A stretch of 62,892 nucleotides of DNA, filler included, from Octopus bimaculoides (taxonomy: Eukaryota): the NCBI RefSeq assembly GCF_001194135.2. It is 5 parts of 4 records of this genome, joined end to end, with 100 filler letters (N's around TTAATTAATTAA, not from the genome) between each part and the next. Parts side by side here need not be neighbours in the genome. Positions count along the whole stretch, not along the records: positions 32,753 to 59,369 come from NC_068983.1; 4 more parts are not named here. One strand, 5' to 3'. Positions within the stretch are counted from its first letter, which is position 1, and every line of letters begins with the position of its first letter. The translations under genes and the position numbers were made by a program. Shown here in pieces: positions 35,525 through 49,299 of the stretch. A model generated the notes under the pieces. It was not told where the DNA came from. It saw only the letters and a list, made by a program, of their open reading frames with translations, and did not search any database.

Positions 35525-36373
35525 TGAAACTAATAAAGAGATAAAAGAGATCTGTAAAAATGTCGCCTCCACTCATGTGTTTATGTGAATAAATTAGTGG
35601 GGTTTTTGTTCCTTGACAAAAGTTCATTAGGCTTATCTAAATTACTACTCATCCACTTTTTGAATGTCAGATTGTGGCGGGATAATAATTCCTACTTTTA
35701 TCGCTGCTTTCGTGGATTCCTATGACTCTGTTACTACCCAATTCCATGATTATAAATTTGAATTGGCAACTTGAGTCTTAATGAATCTTTCATTAGCTGA
35801 TTACACAACCACTAACAGATGCGTTGCAGTTGCTCTCTTGATAGAATTTTGTGATCCTGAAAGCTGGTCTTCAAGGATTCCCCTGTTCAGCATCAATGTA
35901 AGAAGCACCGTCGATCAGTTGAACTCTTCCGCTAGCTCTTCACAATCCGCCATGTTACAGTCCCATGACTTCACGGTACCTCTTGAAACTCATTCATAAA
36001 CTCCACGGATAAACATTACGAAAATATAATAAACGTTTCTACGAAAGACAATCCTCCTTTCTTACAAACATTGTGCAGGAAAAATGTAATGAATGTATGT
36101 TATTCTTGGAAAAGTTGTATAAATGTAAATCATTTTATTTCAAGGAAACAGTTCATTCTTTGATAAACTTCCTTCATTATGCAGCTCAAATTATTTTAGG
36201 AGATCATTTCCTCCACATCCGACAGATATGTATGTATGTATGTACGTATGTATGTATGTATGTATGTATGTATGTATGTATGTATGTATGTATGTATGTA
36301 TGTATGTATGTATGTATACATACATACATGCACACATACATGAATACGTACACACACACAAGCNNNNNNNNNN

Positions 36374-36420
<47 letters not shown>

Positions 36421-37911
36421 GAATATATATATACATACACACACATATCTATCTGTATGTATGTATGTATGTATGTATGTATGTATGTATGTATGTATGT
36501 ATGTATCAAAACCGTGAAGATTGATCTTCGTATGGTTATGTGTTGTAATGTGTGAGTATATTAAATATTGCCAACATGGCGTTTTGTGCGTTTTGGAGTT
36601 TGGTATACCATCAAATTTTGTATGGCATGTTACTTTCCTCACATAAATTGTCCTAATTTCGACAACATTTTGTGCGTGTGAATCGGTGTATATGTGTATG
36701 AATGTGTGTGCATGTGTGTACTTGCGTGTGAGATTTTGTGTGTATTTATATATGTATGTATATGTGCATCTGTGTTTGAGTTTATTTATCTATATATCAA
36801 TGACTGTGTGTATGTGAGTATGAATAAAGAAAGTGAGAGTGAGAGAGATAGAGAAAGAGAGGAAGAGAGAGAGAGAGAGAGATGGACGGAAGGAGAAGGA
36901 GAGAGAAAATGAGACGGAGTGTGAGGAAAAGAGAGCAGTATGAGGACGAGTGAAGAATGGGAGATCAATATATGTATTTATAGATTGATAGATTGATTAT
37001 AAGTCATTGGCAACAGAAAATAAATCAAATGGTTGCTTGATAAAAAAAAATATGAGATAAAGTCAGGTTGAATATACTGATATATGGTTATGATAAGAGA
37101 GAGATATCACCATAATCAAATATGAAATTATCATCCACTTGAACAGTTCAATAGTTTAAAATGTTAGAAGCTCTACAGTAACTTCAAACTGCTCCACGTT
37201 TGCTTCAATGGATGAATGAGCTCATTTCCCATATGACATCGGTAGGCGTGAAATAAATGGCTAGAAAGAAGAACGACATTCTGTGTATATTCCAAAATCG
37301 AAACTTTCACCACTCCAACATACTCACTGTATCGACATAAATGTGTTTTCTTACTAAAAGACAAAGCGCTCAGTTAAATGAATTGAACATTGCATTGAAA
37401 AGAGTAAAAGAATAGTATTGTATGACGTGTTATTGGGGAGGGAGTGAAGCTGTTCTTAGACTTTCTATATCTATGTCGTTACTGATGTAGATAGAGATAT
37501 TTCTGCTTTAACCTTCTAGTAGATACCGCTATCAGAGAAGTGTATGTGATAAATATTTATTTCCTTTTTCATACATCGACGTTCTCAGTTTAATGACGCG
37601 ATATAAGAAGCATACCGGAAGAGTAACGTACTAAAATATGTAATATATATTTACAATGCCCCATACCCTGTATAAACGGGCAATGCTCATTAATATGAAT
37701 GTGTGTGTTTGCATGTATGAATGTATGTATTTACAAACATGCGTATGAATGCGTGTCTATATCTACAGTGACAAACACCTACCTTCCTTCCTACCTACCT
37801 ACCTACCTACCTACCTACCTACCTATCTACCTACCTACCTACCTACCTACCTACCTACATAAACACATACATGCATACACACACATATACACACATACAT
37901 ACATATATATA

Positions 37912-38129
37912 TAGGCATGAGAAGGCATACATAAAACAAAACATACAAATCTGCACGTATACATACATACATGCATGCATACATACATACATACATACAT
38001 ACATACATACATACATACATACATACATACCCTTTTGTTTATGTTGAAATTCCAATGAAGAAACCTTGGATCTAGGTTAGAAACCGGCTTTTTATTAGCA
38101 AAAAAGTCTTGAAATAAAATTGAATAATG
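37912..38129 (+). mobile_element. R4-B copy 2, 3' UTR only
   Basis: Matches 25205-25450, including the internal (ATAC)n and TTGGATCTAGGTTAGAAAC. Confidence 0.88.
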
Positions 38130-38960
38130 ACATGACATGCGCACACACACACGCACACACACACGCACACACACACATGTTTGTATGTATATATGTGTGT
38201 GTATATATATATATGTGTGTGTTTATATATAGTGTGTGAGAAAGGGAGAGATAAGTATAAAAGAGACAGATGTTTGTGTATGTGGTGCTTACATGCTTTA
38301 AATAAAGATTTGTTATAGTATACGAAATGAACACACATGTTTCCTGTTGGAATCGAACTTATAAAATGTGGAAAATAGTCATGGGTTCAATTACCGCTGG
38401 TTTCTCACATTTTAATGTTAACACCTTTTTCTTACATACAATATCTTCGTGGACAGAAAAGCGGAATCAACTGGACTCATTTCAATAATGAACTGGGATT
38501 TCATGAGCAACTGATGTACTTTTCACAAAGACACTACATCTAAACTCACAATTTCTAAGGGCTAGGTAAATCGGTTACACCGATTTGCATTTATAATGTG
38601 CTCTTTTCGGATAGATCAATTTATTCATGAATTACTGGTGACTTAACAGTGTTTTGTTTGAATATTGATGTAGCCCTGTGGTTCATATTAAAAAATACCT
38701 CCTAACCCAGCCAAAAAATTGCCGATATGTTTCGAGCTATTTATTCCCATTGTTTATTACTGCGAAGACAAAATAGAGCCGATATCATCCATGTAATTCT
38801 TTCTTCATAATAGGTGGGTGTTAAACAAGTTTGAAACGTCGGAGACCATTTCAGTTTTATTAAATGCAGTAATTTGTTGCCCCACTTTTTCAATTTCCAC
38901 ACTCCTACGTCATAAGAAACCCCCACTTACCTAACAATATATATAGTATACAGTATACCC

Positions 38961-39009
38961 TAATGATTACAGGTATGAACCTGAACTTATAATCTGGGTA
39001 GAGTAACTG
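38961..39009 (-). mobile_element. R4-B 49-bp internal fragment (QLLYPDYKFRFIPVII)
   Basis: Near-identical to 40410-40458. Confidence 0.8.
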
Positions 39010-39980
39010 AGTATGTATGTATGTATGTATGTATGTGTGTATGTATACACACAGGCTTTTGTATACATATATGTGTACATTTATACGCGTATATAAATAA
39101 AAGCATATGCATATATGTATGTGTGTACATATATATANNNNNNNNNNNNNNNNNNNNNNNNNNNNNNNNNNNNNNNNNNNNNNNNNNNNNNNNNNNNNNN
39201 NNNNNNNNNNNNNNNNNNNNNNNNNNNNNNNNNNNNNNNNNNNNNNNNNNNNNNNNNNNNNNNNNNNNNNNNNNNNNNNNNNNNNNNNNNNNNNNNNNNN
39301 NNNNNNNNNNNNNNNNNNNNNNNNNNNNNNNNNNNNNNNNNNNNNNNNNNNNNNNNNNNNNCATGCAGTTTCCATATACATCATTAAGTTGATTTCCATC
39401 AATATGTATCTATATAAATACATATTGATGGAAATCAACTTAATGATGTATATGGAAACTGCATGTTAATATGATGAAAACGAAGAGAACTCTAGCTTAG
39501 CTGTTGATTTGCAATTTTACTCACAACTATTGCATAAATGTCTTTTCTTGTTGAAATGCAATGCAAAATTATGCCGATTGGCATTGTATAGAAACTCATG
39601 TCTTTTGCTGTCACAAATAGAAAGACATGCTCCTGATGTTGGCAATCACCTTTTATAGGCTTACTTTGGTTCATGTAACCGAAATTGGTAGACATATGTT
39701 CTTTCGGAAGCTGATGACGTATTTACTTGCTTTGGTCCATCTAAGTTAAAAACAGTCTTAAAAATACTATATCGATTACAAGTGAAACATTGGGAAATTG
39801 ATGTCTGTCGTTCATTTCCATGTCGCCTGTTTCTCGATTGTTTGTTTAACACTTAGTGCATTGCATATATATTTTCTATAAGTTGCCCTATTAACTGCAT
39901 TTTACCCCCGTCCCTCCTTTTCTCCCTTCCCTCTCCATCCATCGATCCATCCATGTATGTATGTATGTATGTATGTATGT

Positions 39981-40089
39981 CATTATTCGGTTTATTTCAA
40001 GATTTCTTGCTAATAGAGAAAGAACCGGTTTCTAACCTAGATCCAAAGCTCCTTCATTGGAATTTCAACACCAACAACAGGGTATTTTT

Positions 40090-40121
<32 letters not shown>

Positions 40122-40458
40122 TGTATGTATGTATGTATGTATGTATGTATGTGTACAGTATTTGGAGTCACGTATGTGCAGGTTTTTATGCTTTGTTTTT
40201 TATGTATGTATTCTCATGCATTATAGTTGCCTTTTTAGACATGCTCATATATACTTAAACGATAAACTTCAGGAAAGTTTTACAGAATTTTACAGTCCCA
40301 ATGATGGCTAAGATCTGTAGTCTTCGAATCAGCTTTCTCCTTTCTTGTTTTGAGAAGCCTAATTTCTCCGGATTGGTATATAAGCAGTGTGCTACATGTC
40401 CCAATACTCTATTGATTACAGGTATGAACTTGAACTTATAATCTGGGTAGAGTAACTG
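39981..40458 (-). mobile_element. R4-B copy 3, 5'-truncated
   Basis: QLLYPDYKFKFIPVINRVLGHVAHC...TVKFCKTFLKFIV*, 3' UTR, ends GAATAATG then (ACAT)n. Confidence 0.9.
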
Positions 40459-41296
40459 TGTATGTGTGCCCCTACTCAAGCCAATCGTACAGGTTAAGAG
40501 GCGAAACAACTGTGAGCCTGAGATACCTGCTGAAGATAGAGGGAGGGTTCCCAACAATGTGATAACTTTAATGATCATCAAGAAATAATGCTTGCAACGG
40601 CTTCATGTAGCTTCAGCACGTTTTGCTTGGAGCAAAATATCACATGGAAAGAGAAAGAGATAAAAAATATTTATTTTGAGCTGAATTTTNNNNNNNNNNN
40701 NNNNNNNNNNNNNNNNNNNNNNNNNNNNNNNNNNNNNNNNNNNNNNNNNNNNNNNNNNNNNNNNNNNNNNNNNNNNNNNNNNNNNNNNNNNNNNNNNNNN
40801 NNNNNNNNNNNNNNNNNNNNNNNNNNNNNNNNNNNNNNNNNNNNNNNNNNNNNNNNNNNNNNNNNNNNNNNNNNNNNNNNNNNNNNNNNNNNNNNNNNNN
40901 NNNNNNNNNNNNNNNNNNNNNNNNNNNNNNNNNNNNNNNNNNNNNNNNNNNNNNNNNNNNNNNNNNNNNNNNNNNNNNNNNNNNNNNNNNNNNNNNNNNN
41001 NNNNNNNNNNNNNNNNNNNNNNNNNNNNNNNNNNNNNNNNNNNNNNNNNNNNNNNNNNNNNNNNNNNNNNNNNNNNNNNNNNNNNNNNNNNNNNNNNNNN
41101 NNNNNNNNNNNNNNNNNNNNNNNNNNNNNNNNNNNNNNNNNNNNNNNNNNNNNNNNNNNNNNNNNNNNNNNNNNNNNNNNNNNNNNNNNNNNNNNNNNNN
41201 NNNNNNNNNNNNNNNNNNNNNNNNNNNNNNNNNNNNNNNNNNNNNNNNNNNNNNNNNNNNAACAATATTGCTATTGTAATATGCTTTCTATCTCTT

Positions 41297-41332
<36 letters not shown>

Positions 41333-43031
41333 ACCTTATCGGTCTGTCTCTCTCTTAAGGCCTTTGTCTGTCTTCTCCTTCTCTCGCTCTCTTCTTACTT
41401 TCCAACTGAGACCCCAAACATATTTCAATATACTTGCATATATTACACCTCATTTAATTCAATAATCTACATTCTGCGTGAGGTTTTCTAGAATTAATGA
41501 AATATCTATAACGTATATTATGTACTGCATGCGTTTTCGTGTCGTTGATGGCGTTATTTGTATTGTTGTTGTTGTTGGTGGTGGTGGTGTTGCTATTAAC
41601 TGCGACGACAACGATGACGACGACGATGACGATGATACCGTTCTTCTTGCTCTCCTCTTTTGTGTCTTTTTCTTTATAGATAGTTCACTAATACTTGATG
41701 AATGCCGTACCTGAGAACAGATCTGTCCCAACTTAGATTCACAGGGTCATCCATCATTTCGATGCTGGCAGTTCCCCCGTCCCACCACCACCACCACCAC
41801 CACCACCACCAACAACAACAACAGCAACAACTAAAAAGTCGGGGAACTCCATCCATCATAATGAACATAGTTGTTACTTAAATTAATGAGATGTGCATCT
41901 TGTGGATGACAGCCAATCGTTGGACATGCTTGGCACGTGCAAATGTTAAACACTGCTACCATTATTGTTGTTGTCGTTGTCGTTGTTGTTGTTGTTGTTG
42001 TGGCAAATGTTATTACCGAGATTTTGGATGATACTTATTCGGTTTATCTTTCTACCAGTTTATCTCATCGCTTGTCTGTCCCCTATTCTAATTTTCCACC
42101 CCATCCTGCTTAGCCCGTATCTTTCTTACCCACTCTCTCTCTTTATATACATGTATGTGTATGCATGTTTGCGGCGGTGGGATTCTGTGATTCTACATGC
42201 ATGCATCTATACCTGTGTCTGTACATGTTCGTGCCGATGCAACAGAGAACCAAAACCTGCAGTGTAGAAAAGGTGTTGAACTTCGGTTCAAGGGAACTTC
42301 AGTTGGATGGTAGAATATTTCAGTTAAGTTAACTTTGTCACAATCACATGTCGACTTATGATTTTATATTACTATATAAAATAAATATATATGAGTGTGT
42401 ATATTATATATATGAAAACATACACACACACATATACAGGGTATTCATAAATTACTTTTATAATTTATAATTTGAAGTAAGGAAGTGTCGAAGTTGTAAA
42501 GATAATCAACACCNNNNNNNNNNNNNNNNNNNNNNNNNNNNNNNNNNNNNNNNNNNNNNNNNNNNNNNNNNNNNNNNNNNNNNNNNNNNNNNNNNNNNNN
42601 NNNNNNNNNNNNNNNNNNNNNNNNNNNNNNNNNNNNNNNNNNNNNNNNNNNNNNNNNNNNNNNNNNNNNNNNNNNNNNNNNNNNNNNNNNNNNNNNNNNN
42701 NNNNNNNNNNNNNNNNNNNNNNNNNNNNNNNNNNNNNNNNNNNNNNNNNNNNTATATATATATATAATTAATTCCCCACCCCTCAAAAACGAAGAAAAAA
42801 CAAAAAAAAACAACAACGCGAGGACGTGGTACAAGCAAAGTATTAGCAGACACTCAGGGAAGGAAAGAAAGGTAGTTATATATACTCTTAAATATATATT
42901 TTTTAATGGATGAATGTGTGTTCGTCCATTAATTGGAGTAATTTACAAAGATTTCTAACATTGTTTCTTCATACTTTACTATTGAAACTGCTAATGCAAA
43001 TTTGTATAGGTATAAACAACTAATATAGAAG

Positions 43032-43572
43032 TAATCAATATACGATTTAACTTATTAAACACAGTTCAACAAATTCATTCATATTTATGCATTGGATGAG
43101 ATTAGATGTTAAAATGGATTACAGTTTTTATTATTCATGTTGCTATGCAATTTCTTTGGTACAAAAAGGCTCAGATATTCATAACAGAAAATTGAAATAG
43201 TTAAATTTGTACTCGTCGGTAGCTGGGATAAAACTAAAAAAGACGGTAGAAGTACATAGATTTTCTCTTAGTAATCATATTGTAATTATATGTTCCTTCT
43301 TGGAGTCATGAAAATTTAAACAAGACTCAAATTTAAGCAAGATCTATGTACATCTAACTTCTTTTTTAGTTTTTATCCCAACTACCGACGAGTACAAATT
43401 TGACTATTCCGATTTTCTATTATGAATATCTTAGTCTTTTTGTATGAAACAAACTGTATACCAACATGAATAATAAAGACTATAATCTATTTTAACATCT
43501 CATCTCCTCCATTACATAAATATGAGTGAATTTGTTGAACTGCGTTTCATAAGTTAAACCATATACTAATTA
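43032..43572. mobile_element. Foldback/MITE-like element with ~230-bp inverted arms and an 80-bp spacer
   Basis: Arms ~43032-43261 and 43342-43572, roughly 85% complementary by eye (e.g. AAATTTGTACTCGTCGGTAG / CTACCGACGAGTACAAATTT). Confidence 0.88.
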
Positions 43573-43626
43573 TATATATATACATACATATGCATATATA
43601 TCTGTATGTATATGGTTATGTGTATT

Positions 43627-43658
<32 letters not shown>

Positions 43659-43701
43659 NNNNNNNNNNNATATATATATGTCCATATTTATGTGTGTGTG
43701 T

Positions 43702-43753
<52 letters not shown>

Positions 43754-44184
43754 TGAGATTTAGGTGAATAAGGCACTTAAATGGTAAGACACTTGTTGGT
43801 TGAGAATTAAAATGCATACACAGTAACTATAACACGAGCATTGGTACCCAAGTATAAGCAGAAAGATATTCAGGTTATTTATACAATTAATTGAACACAA
43901 CTGAGTATATTACCAACTCTTGGACGAATTCAGAAACGCACATATTAAGTATACGGTCCATAATATACTTCGGAACACGCGAGGAGCAGGTTCCGAGAGA
44001 CGTGACCAGTGACTACCGTTTATCGTGGAATCACAAAATATGTATATGCCGTGGATTTAAAAATATTTTAAATGTTCTTAATTGTATAGAAGAAAACAGC
44101 GTTTTTATAATGATATAATGCACTCATTAATCAATTAAATAATTCGTTGGAAACAGCTGTAATTAATTGATACATATCCATCGT

Positions 44185-44216
<32 letters not shown>

Positions 44217-44599
44217 NNNNNNNNNNNNNNNNNNNNNNNNNNNNNNNNNNNNNNNNNNNNNNNNNNNNNNNNNNNNNNNNNNNNNNNNNNNNNNNNNNNN
44301 NNNNNNNNNNNNNNNNNNNNNNNNNNNNNNNNNNNNNNNNNNNNNNNNNNNNNNNNNNNNNNNNNNNNNNNNNNNNNNNNNNNNNNNNNNNNNNNNNNNN
44401 NNNNNNNNNNNNNNNNNNNNNNNNNNNNNNNNNNNNNNNNNNNNNNNNNNNNNNNNNNNNNNNNNNNNNNNNNNNNNNNNNNNNNNATATATATATATGT
44501 ATATAAGTGCACACACACGCACACACATACACACTCACACGCACGCATACAAACACACATATATACACACACACACACGCAGATACAATTCAAAGCCTT

Positions 44600-44830
44600 A
44601 TATCACCAAAGAATGGTCCTGGACCGCATCCAAAAAGGAGGCCACCTGACGTTGCTCACCAACAGACTCAATTCTCTGGCCCACAGAAGTTCTGTCTCCT
44701 CTCTGTCTCATTCTCACCTTTACAGAGGAACCATTATCCTTGGGAGGGAGTGCTCACGTGCTACCCCCATTCAGACACAGCTGACTTATTTGTTGTTCAT
44801 CCTCCACTCCCGTAACATTGACTTTCTAGA
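44600..44830 (+). mobile_element. CR1/L2-group LINE 3' coding relic
   Basis: VLDRIQK...LT...SLAHRSSVSSLS...YR, compared with LDR.Q.RA.RL...L.SL.HRR.V..LSLFYR. Confidence 0.55.
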
Positions 44831-46504
44831 AATTCCTTCCCTCTTCATTGGTTCGGTTCTATATTGCAGTATTAATTGCTTTTTTTTTTACTGAAATCTA
44901 GAAATATTATGTGCGATGCAGCCGCTCTGTTTCTGATATAACATCATTTCTCTAATGGTGTCATGAATAAACTTATCAGATCTCAAAAAATTATGGTTCT
45001 AAAGGAGAAACTGAAATTTTTGTTTGCAAATTTATATATGTAGAATCGCCAAATGAAGTCACAAGAGCTTTAACCTTCGTAACTGCATCAGATAACTGCA
45101 AGAACATCTTTGATCATATATCTACCGCTAACCTGCGACTAAGCGATAACAACTAATCCGACCTTATGAAAAACAATATAAACGATTTACCACTAAGTAA
45201 CCATTCAGAAAAAAATCTAGCGAGATCAGTGTTTATAAAGACAATAGCTGTGGTTGACATATAGATAGTCTTGAACAGATAGTTTTAAATAAGATCTCTT
45301 ATAAGATCCTGGAAAAAATGTTTACAGTCTCATAGTGTTAAGTGAATGAGATAATTTTTTCCCTTGGATTTATTGCTATTCTATGGTAACAACCTTTAAG
45401 CGACTCGGTACCTAATGGCGACAGTGAGATGAAATGAAGTAATATAGGATAAGGTAGTCTTCCCAGAAGCATAATACACACTTGTAGCTGGATTCACAAC
45501 ATTATTCTCTTTACCAAAAGAGAAGGGTTGAAAAAACGGGATTTCGAAGGTATAAACTTTGAAAATTACTCTATCTATAGTACATCATAGCACAGTACAC
45601 CTTATAGATGCTACTAAACGAACGGTACTTGGAAGTATAAGAATGAGATTACAGAGCCTAAAATAAGAGTAATTGTATAACATGTGACCAAAGATGGAAC
45701 CACCAGATGAGTGGTTGACATGCAGGAAACAGCTGCTGAATTCTTCCCAAATTACGTTGTAACGTCTTATGTTAGGATGAACACTTTGGACAATGTAATC
45801 ATTGGTACATAAAGTTGCGTGATGTTCATGGTCGGAGGGCCTTTGACAATAAGTCTGCGCATTAAGTGGTTAACTTAGGGCTAAGCAACGACGGAGCCAT
45901 AGGAGCGTCACTGCTGGAGCACAAGAGGTGTTTCATCATTGGGCTATAACTATTGAATTGTTTCTTATAAGGATTTACTGTTTACTGAAGAAATAAGGTT
46001 CCACGGACGTATCTTCAAATGTAACTCACTAGTAATTCAATACAGGAATATCATTATTATATTAGATGCGTTGTGTTATGAGCCAAGCATTTCATTTGAC
46101 GGTGAGCCAGTTAACTCAGCTTAAAAATGAATAAGCGCCTAGTGTAGTGTAACCCTTTTCCCTGCCGGTTGTCGCATCTAGGGTGTTCCATCGTACCAAG
46201 AGTCAGAAGGTTGTGAGACTGTCAATGCTTGCTTGCGACTGTATATGCACCTAAAATAATTAGTGAAAAAATGGTACAGGTTAACAAGCCATACTCACTT
46301 GTGATGGTTGTGTTTTAATTACGAGAGCATCACTCACAGAAGTATTTGCGATAGATGCAGTTCAATATTTGTAGCACTATAGGTATGTTCAATATATGAG
46401 TCACACCTATGAATGTGGCCATTAGAGGTTTACTATAGAAGTGCCAGCTTATGACTGTCAGTCTAGAAATAGCTAAATCATTTGACTAAACCTTCAGAGT
46501 TATT

Positions 46505-46915
46505 CACTCGCCAAAGTATAGCGCAAACAGTAAGGGAGAAATTTACTGTTTGTTATTCAGAAGATACTTGAAACGCTGTTTGTCGATCGAACAACTTGAC
46601 TCTACACAAGGATCTGTTATTCGGAATATACAATGCCGCCACTCATGCAGCGATGAATCTTACAAAAATATAAAAAACACAAAGTTCCATGAGGATGGTG
46701 ATGATGATGACGATGATGATGCTGACGACAAAGATAACGAAACCTGATAACAATGGTTTGAATTTTGGCACAAGGCCAGCAATTGCAATATAACAGTCTG
46801 GACAAACGTAGCATAGTTGCAGTTCAGAGTAGTGTAATGACAGAGTGGTTCAAATATCTACAAAGTGTAGAGCCAATCAATTTCTAACTCCGTTGCACAA
46901 AGTATTAAGATATTG
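46505..46915 (+). repeat. Unclassified repeat G, copy 1; copy 2 at 50108-50425
   Basis: Shared GTAAG.GAGAAATTTACTGTT, ACGCTGTTTGTCGAT and ACAAACGTAGCATAGTT.CAGTT.AGAGTAGTGTAATGA..GAGTGGTTCAAATATCTACAAA. Confidence 0.85.
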
Positions 46916-46920
46916 CGTAG

Positions 46921-47350
46921 AATTTCAAATTTTGGCACAAAGCCAGCAAGTTCGGGGTAGGGAATAAGTCGATTACATCGACCCCAGTGCGTAACTAGTA
47001 CTTAATTTATCGACCCCGAAAGAATGAAAAGCAAAGTCGACCTCGGCGAATTTGAACTCAAAATGTAACGGCAGACGAAATACCGCTAAGCATTCCGCCC
47101 GGCGTGCTAACGTTTCTTATTTCTTTACTACCCACAAGGGGCTACACACAGAGAGGACAAACAAGGACAGACAAAGGGATTAAGTCGATTACATCGACCC
47201 CAGTGCGTAACTGGCACTTAATTTATCGACCCCGAAAGGATGAAAGGCAAAGTCAACCTCGGCGGAATTTGATCTCAGAACGTAATGGCACACGAAATAC
47301 CGCTAAGTATTTCTCCCGGCGTGCTAACGTTTCTGCCAGCTCGCCGCCTT
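46921..47350 (-). mobile_element. SINE-B doublet: variant-1 tail copy (46921-47114) abutting a variant-2 copy (47115-47350)
   Basis: The left copy lacks the last ~17 nt of the head, which appear only after the right copy. Confidence 0.85.
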
Positions 47351-47708
47351 TACTCTGTATATATTATTGTATATTATTGTAATATTCAGAGAGCATGTTT
47401 ATATGGACGCACATTTAACATGATTTACACGCAAACCCAAAGAGAAAGATATGAGATTGACTGATAAAAAATGATAAGTATGATCATGTATATAGTTATT
47501 CAAATATATGTTTCTACGGGTGTGCTTAAGAATACTCACGTAAATATAACTAATGCAAGTAATTATACGGTGTCTGAAAGTTTGTGTATGTGTGCAGCAA
47601 TATGGACAAGTATTGTGTTAGTGCATTTCTGAAATTGTATGAATGTACCTATGTATTAGGTGTCATCATTTCATATATGCAATAATGAATGTATGAAGGT
47701 GTGTATGT

Positions 47709-47768
<60 letters not shown>

Positions 47769-47846
47769 GTGTGTGCGTATGTATTCATATATATATGTGT
47801 GTGTATGTTTCCATTTGTATCATATATATTTAATATATACATGTGG

Positions 47847-47883
<37 letters not shown>

Positions 47884-47909
47884 TGTGTGCGTGTATATGC
47901 ATATACATG

Positions 47910-47953
<44 letters not shown>

Positions 47954-48632
47954 NNNNNNNNNNNNNNNNNNNNNNNNNNNNNNNNNNNNNNNNNNNNNNN
48001 NNNNNNNNNNNNNNNNNNNNNNNNNNNNNNNNNNNNNNNNNNNNNNNNNNNNNNNNNNNNNNNNNNNNNNNNNNNNNNNNNNNNNNNNNNNNNNNNNNNN
48101 NNNNNNNNNNNNNNNNNNNNNNNNNNNNNNNNNNNNNNNNNNNNNNNNNNNNNNNNNNNNNNNNNNNNNNNNNNNNNNNNNNNNNNNNNNNNNNNNNNNN
48201 NNNNNNNNNNNNNNNNNNNNNNNNNNNNNNNNNNNNNNNNNNNNNNNNNNNNNNNNNNNNNNNNNNNNNNNNNNNNNNNNNNNNNNNNNNNNNNNNNNNN
48301 NNNNNNNNNNNNNNNNNNNNNNNNNNNNNNNNNNNNNNNNNNNNNNNNNNNNNNNNNNNNNNNNNNNNNNNNNNNNNNNNNNNNNNNNNNNNNNNNNNNN
48401 NNNNNNNNNNNNNNNNNNNNNNNNNNNNNNNNNNNNNNNNNNNNNNNNNNNNNNNNNNNNNNNNNNNNNNNNNNNNNNNNNNNNNNNNNNNNNNNNNNNN
48501 NNNNNNNNNNNNNNNNNNATATATATATATATATATGTACATATATAATGTATATTCCATACAGAATAAAAATATATATGTATGTAGGTATATATATATA
48601 TATACGTGCACACACACATAGATAGATACACA

Positions 48633-48671
<39 letters not shown>

Positions 48672-48901
48672 GTACGTATATATTCATACACATATACACA
48701 TGCGCACACACTTATATGTGCATACATACATCTATAGATATACATATGTGAGTTCGTGCATGTATATATGTGTGTGAATATATACGTGCACACACGTACA
48801 CACATATATACGTATATATTTTTATTCTGTATAGAATATACATTGATATATATGACAGATATTTTATGTTATATATAAAAATACTACATATAACATATAC
48901 A

Positions 48902-48968
<67 letters not shown>

Positions 48969-48978
48969 NNNNNNNNNN

Positions 48979-49023
<45 letters not shown>

Positions 49024-49249
49024 AACACGCATATATATATATACATATAACATATATAAATATATTATACGTATATGTATATATATATATATACATATAT
49101 GTGTGTGCGTTATATGTGTGTATATATTTATGCCTTTTCTCTCTCTCTCTACCTATATACACATATATACATACACCCCCACCACACACACATACTTCTC
49201 TCTCTTTCTTCCCCCTTCTCTCTCTCTCTCTCTCTCTCTNNNNNNNNNN

Positions 49250-49299
<50 letters not shown>

